DNA from: Candidatus Binatia bacterium
GTDB lineage: Bacteria; Desulfobacterota; Binatia; Bin18
DNA: 64,000 nt
NCBI GenBank assembly: GCA_963666315.2
Contig: CAXXHG010000046.1
Span: forward strand, 113,783-177,782
Direction of reading: 5' to 3'
Shown here piece after piece: positions 60,448 to 64,000 of this stretch; the stretch's first letter is position 1; each line of letters starts with the position of its first letter. The notes beneath the pieces are model-generated. The model did no database searches. It was not told the DNA's origin and was given only the letters and a program-made list of their open reading frames with translations. A program made the position numbers and the translations under genes.

Positions 60448-63093
60448 CTATTCTTCCCGCAATGCTAACGCCGGCGACGTTTGGGCCATGCGCAGCGCGG
60501 GATACAGTCCGGCCAGTAAGGCAGCCACGACAGCCATGAGCACGGCTTGGACGAGGACGTCGGGCGCAATCTCCATTTGCAGCGTCCAGCCAAAAGAGCG
60601 CCGATTGATGACTAAGACTAAAATGAGCGCCAGCCCTATGCCGACCGGAATGGCCAGCAGGCCGGCGACCAGCCCCATCAGGCCAGTTTGGGAGGTCATC
60701 AGACCCCAGACCTGACCGGGGGTAAATCCAATCGCACGTAGCACCCCGATTTCGCGCGCGCGCTCAAGCTGCAGCGCCATGAGCGCGCTGAATACACCCA
60801 CAAAGGCGATCGCCGTTGTCAGAAAATGCAGCACGGTGGTGATGGTAAAGGTCCGATCAAAGATTTCCAGCGAGGCCAGACGCAAAAAGCGATTGGAACG
60901 AATCACGACCTCATATTCTGCGCCGGCGATCTTCCGGAGCGATGCAACCAGCTGGGCGACATCCGTGTCGGGTGCGGCATAGATGCCAAGAGAAGATACT
61001 CGCGCATCCTGCCACCACTGGTCATACGTGCGCCGACTCATCATCACGATGCCTTGGTCAGAACCATAATCCGTAAATACGCCCACAACACGAAAATCTT
61101 GATAGGAATCGTACGCATCGCGGTCTGTGCGCAGCCGTATCATATCGTTCAGCTCCAGCTCATGCCGGTAGGCGTACGGCTCGGAGATAATCACGGAGTC
61201 AGAATCTGAATCAGAATCTGGACCAGAATTTTGAAATGCCGGCCAGATCGTTTCGGGTTCTCCTTCGATAAACTGAAACGCCTCATAGCTGCGCGCGCCG
61301 AGTTGGATCGCCACCAGCTGGGTCAGGCCGGCGGCCGACTCGACTTGTAGCCCGCGGTAGGTGTTGACTAGCGCAACGCCGGGGGCCGAAGAAAAGCGTT
61401 CGACCAACACCGGGTCCAGCGTGGAATCGCTCCGCCGAGAGATCAAACTCGGCGGCGTGATATACACATCGGCATGTAGCGAGGTTTCCAGCCAGCAGAC
61501 CACCGTCTGGCGAAAACTCTTGACCATAATCCCTACCCCGACCGTGACCGACACGGCGACCATCAGCGCCGCAATCGCCACCGCGGTCCGGCTCAGCGTC
61601 GCAACCACACTGCGCGCGCACAAGCGCCCGAGCAAGCCCGCCCACGAACCCAGCACGGGCTGCAGGAGACGCAGACAGCCCAGGGTGATCAACGGCGTCA
61701 TCAAAACACAGCCCAGCAAAACCGCGAAAAGAGCGCCGAAGCTCAGCCATAAATTCGTGCCGGATATCCACAGGCCGCCCAGCCCGGCCCCCAGAACCAA
61801 CAGCCCGATGAACGCTGTGCATGGTGCCGTTTGTTGCGCGCGGGTTTCCAGCGCGGAGCGATGCAGGGTCAGACGTGGTGGAGTGGACGTCGCTTCCCAA
61901 GCGGGTGCGAGCGCCGCCAGCAGGGTTGCCCCAACACCCAGCAGCAGCCCTTTGCCGAGCACAAATGGTGTCAACGCAAGTTCGCGCACGGTGAGGACAA
62001 AATACAGGTCGGTGATCGTCTGCGTCACTAGATGCACCAGACCCCGGCCCAGCACTATGCCCAGCAGGATGCCGGCAACGGTTCCAATAAGACCCAACAG
62101 AAACGCTTCGCCTAATACCAACACACATATCTCACGCCGGGTCACACCTTGGATACGCAGCAAGCCAAACAGACTGCGGCGCTGGACCACGGAAAACGTC
62201 ATGGTGTTGTAAATGAGAAACACACCCACAATCAGGGCCAATAGACTCAGCGCGGTCAGATTCAGATGAAACGCGCGTGTCATCTGGGCAATGGCTTGCG
62301 AGCGCCCTTGGGCAGACAGTACGGTCGCCCCAGGCGGCAGCAGGGATCGAATATGCGTCAAAAGGTCAGGTCCAGCCAGGGTTTGTCCCGCCAAATCTTG
62401 ACCAGCCAGCTCCTGGCCAGCCGCATCGGCAGGCACGAGTACATCGATCCGACTCAGCCAACCAGGCTGGCCCAGCAATTCTTGGGCGGTCGCTATATCC
62501 GTAATCAGCAGATGCTCTAAGGCGCTTTGGGCGGCACTATCCTCCGGGTCGAGCAGGCCGACGAGTCTGACCGCATGCCGGCGGCTGCCGATGCGGGCAT
62601 TCAAGCTATCGCCCACAGAGAGACCCAGCTGCTGGGCAGTCCGTGCGGCAATCAGCCCGGTTGACGGCGTTGTTAGCAAGGACACAAAGGCTGCCCCACT
62701 GTCGGCATTCAGGCTGCCCAGATACGGGCGAAACACCGCTTCGGCAAAAGGGTCAATACCGAGCAGATGGAAAATACGGCCGGGGTAGTCGGAGGCAGCC
62801 ACATCGCTTTCAACCACGGGGGCAATGGCGCGCACTTTTCCTTGAATGCGCAAGGTGCGGTATACGGCCTCAGGCAAGCCGTTCGGTCCACCCACGATTT
62901 GATGCGTCGCCCGGCCGACGATACTGTTGGTGGACAGGACAAACGCCCGGCGGGCGCTCTCGTTGGCCAGATCAATCGCCACCACCACCGCAACACCCAA
63001 GGCCACCCCCAGCACAGACAAGCCGATCTGCCATGGATGCTGGATCATATAGCGCAGACTCGATCGCCACAGTAATCGGCTCATGTGATGCAT
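60448..63093 (-). CDS. FtsX/MacB-like ABC permease (AttFG-like)
   Basis: Two FtsX halves, LIYNTMTFSVVQRR, INRRSFGW, ALREE; start uncertain (63084-63102). Confidence 0.92.
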   Translation of the reverse strand: MHHMSRLLWRSSLRYMIQHPWQIGLSVLGVALGVAVVVAIDLANESARRAFVLSTNSIVGRATHQIVGGPNGLPEAVYRTLRIQGKVRAIAPVVESDVAASDYPGRIFHLLGIDPFAEAVFRPYLGSLNADSGAAFVSLLTTPSTGLIAARTAQQLGLSVGDSLNARIGSRRHAVRLVGLLDPEDSAAQSALEHLLITDIATAQELLGQPGWLSRIDVLVPADAAGQELAGQDLAGQTLAGPDLLTHIRSLLPPGATVLSAQGRSQAIAQMTRAFHLNLTALSLLALIVGVFLIYNTMTFSVVQRRSLFGLLRIQGVTRREICVLVLGEAFLLGLIGTVAGILLGIVLGRGLVHLVTQTITDLYFVLTVRELALTPFVLGKGLLLGVGATLLAALAPAWEATSTPPRLTLHRSALETRAQQTAPCTAFIGLLVLGAGLGGLWISGTNLWLSFGALFAVLLGCVLMTPLITLGCLRLLQPVLGSWAGLLGRLCARSVVATLSRTAVAIAALMVAVSVTVGVGIMVKSFRQTVVCWLETSLHADVYITPPSLISRRSDSTLDPVLVERFSSAPGVALVNTYRGLQVESAAGLTQLVAIQLGARSYEAFQFIEGEPETIWPAFQNSGPDSDSDSDSVIISEPYAYRHELELNDMIRLRTDRDAYDSYQDFRVVGVFTDYGSDQGIVMMSRRTYDQWWQDARVSSLGIYAAPDTDVAQLVASLRKIAGAEYEVVIRSNRFLRLASLEIFDRTFTITTVLHFLTTAIAFVGVFSALMALQLERAREIGVLRAIGFTPGQVWGLMTSQTGLMGLVAGLLAIPVGIGLALILVLVINRRSFGWTLQMEIAPDVLVQAVLMAVVAALLAGLYPALRMAQTSPALALREE

Positions 63094-63107
63094 GCGTTTC
63101 ACGCGAT

Positions 63108-63866
63108 TCAGGCTGAACCCTGGGCAGAGCGGGGGTAGTCGCGCTCTGCCAGCTGGCCGTCACGCATGGTCAGCAACCGATCCGCCACGCCAATGACTTC
63201 GGTGCTATGCGTGACCATGACCAGCGTCTTGCCGCGCTGGCGCGTCAGGCCATCCAGCAGCTCCAGCACGCTCCGGCCGGTCTCAATATCGAGATTGCCG
63301 GTCGGCTCATCGGCCAACAGCAGCAAAGGATCGTGGACCAACGCACGCGCAATGGCCACCCGTTGCTGCTCCCCGCCGGACAGACGATCCGGAAAGCTAT
63401 GCACCCGGTCTGCCAGCTCAACCGCCTCAAGCAGCTCCAGCGCACGCGCACGTCCAGCCGGTCCGGCGCGCCCGTTGAGTTCGAGCGGCAGGAGCAGATT
63501 CTCCTCGACCGTGAGCGTTGGGATCAAATTGAAAAACTGAAACACAAAACCAATATGTTCGCGTCGAAAGAGCGTGCGCTCACGCTCACTCAAGCGGGTC
63601 AGGTTCACCTCGCCCTGGTCGGTATACACGATCACCTCTCCCGCAGTTGGCAGATCGATACCACTGATCAGATTGAGCAGGGTCGATTTACCTGAGCCGC
63701 TCCGGCCCAACAGGACGGTGAACGTGCCTTGATGAATGTCGAGATCAATATTGTGAAAGACGGGATGGCTGCGGTCGCCCTCGTGATACACCTTGCTGAG
63801 GTTGCGGAGTGTCACCAGGCGGGCATCCGCCCTGTCCGGCTGTCGTGTCTGTTTTTCAGTTGACAA
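63108..63866 (-). CDS. ABC transporter ATP-binding protein (LolD/AttE-like)
   Basis: [32 protein letters not shown]. Confidence 0.95.
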   Translation of the reverse strand: MSTEKQTRQPDRADARLVTLRNLSKVYHEGDRSHPVFHNIDLDIHQGTFTVLLGRSGSGKSTLLNLISGIDLPTAGEVIVYTDQGEVNLTRLSERERTLFRREHIGFVFQFFNLIPTLTVEENLLLPLELNGRAGPAGRARALELLEAVELADRVHSFPDRLSGGEQQRVAIARALVHDPLLLLADEPTGNLDIETGRSVLELLDGLTRQRGKTLVMVTHSTEVIGVADRLLTMRDGQLAERDYPRSAQGSA

Positions 63867-64000
63867 GTTTCCCCTACACCACCCAATCGAGCATATTCCA
63901 AATCCTGAGAACGCTCACTCTGCATATACTACTTCCCGCATTGATGCACGGGAGTGACCCATTCCTCCTGATCGTCTCCAATGAATGTAGCCTACATGAA

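Noticed and set aside
61283-62212. Long alternative-frame ORFs overlapping the permease, and similar shadow ORFs such as 45864-46580
   Set aside because: They overlap well-supported genes, lack motifs, and are expected in GC-rich coding DNA.

Overview
Bacterial chromosomal window (roughly 55-58% GC by eye) with about 60 metabolic, redox and envelope genes: four luciferase-like monooxygenases, two PhyH dioxygenases, a cytochrome c-PQQ dehydrogenase, cyclase-AAA-TPR proteins, DUF1329, SelO, trpE(G), an NCS2 permease, a Sel1 protein, LspA and an attEFGH-like ABC locus. The gene mix resembles Binatia/Tectomicrobia-type genomes, but this is an impression only. No rRNA, tRNA or CRISPR array was seen. 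Signals missed by the ORF track: (1) two split ORFs that rejoin as UGA-recoded selenoproteins with UxxC motifs and downstream SECIS-like hairpins. One is an exported DsbA-like protein lying between an unannotated 32-aa membrane peptide and a VKOR-DsbA fusion; the other is a tandem GST-N/glutaredoxin protein. (2) A complete Trp-rich leader peptide attenuator before trpE(G). (3) Several REP families and a frameshifted RAYT, with REPs sitting in-frame in coding sequence, one REP split by an IS30 element, and long repeats bracketing a VapBC module. (4) A solitary attC-like site. (5) Heavy pseudogenisation, including deletions between short direct repeats. All calls come from reading motifs by eye; no database search or folding program was run.
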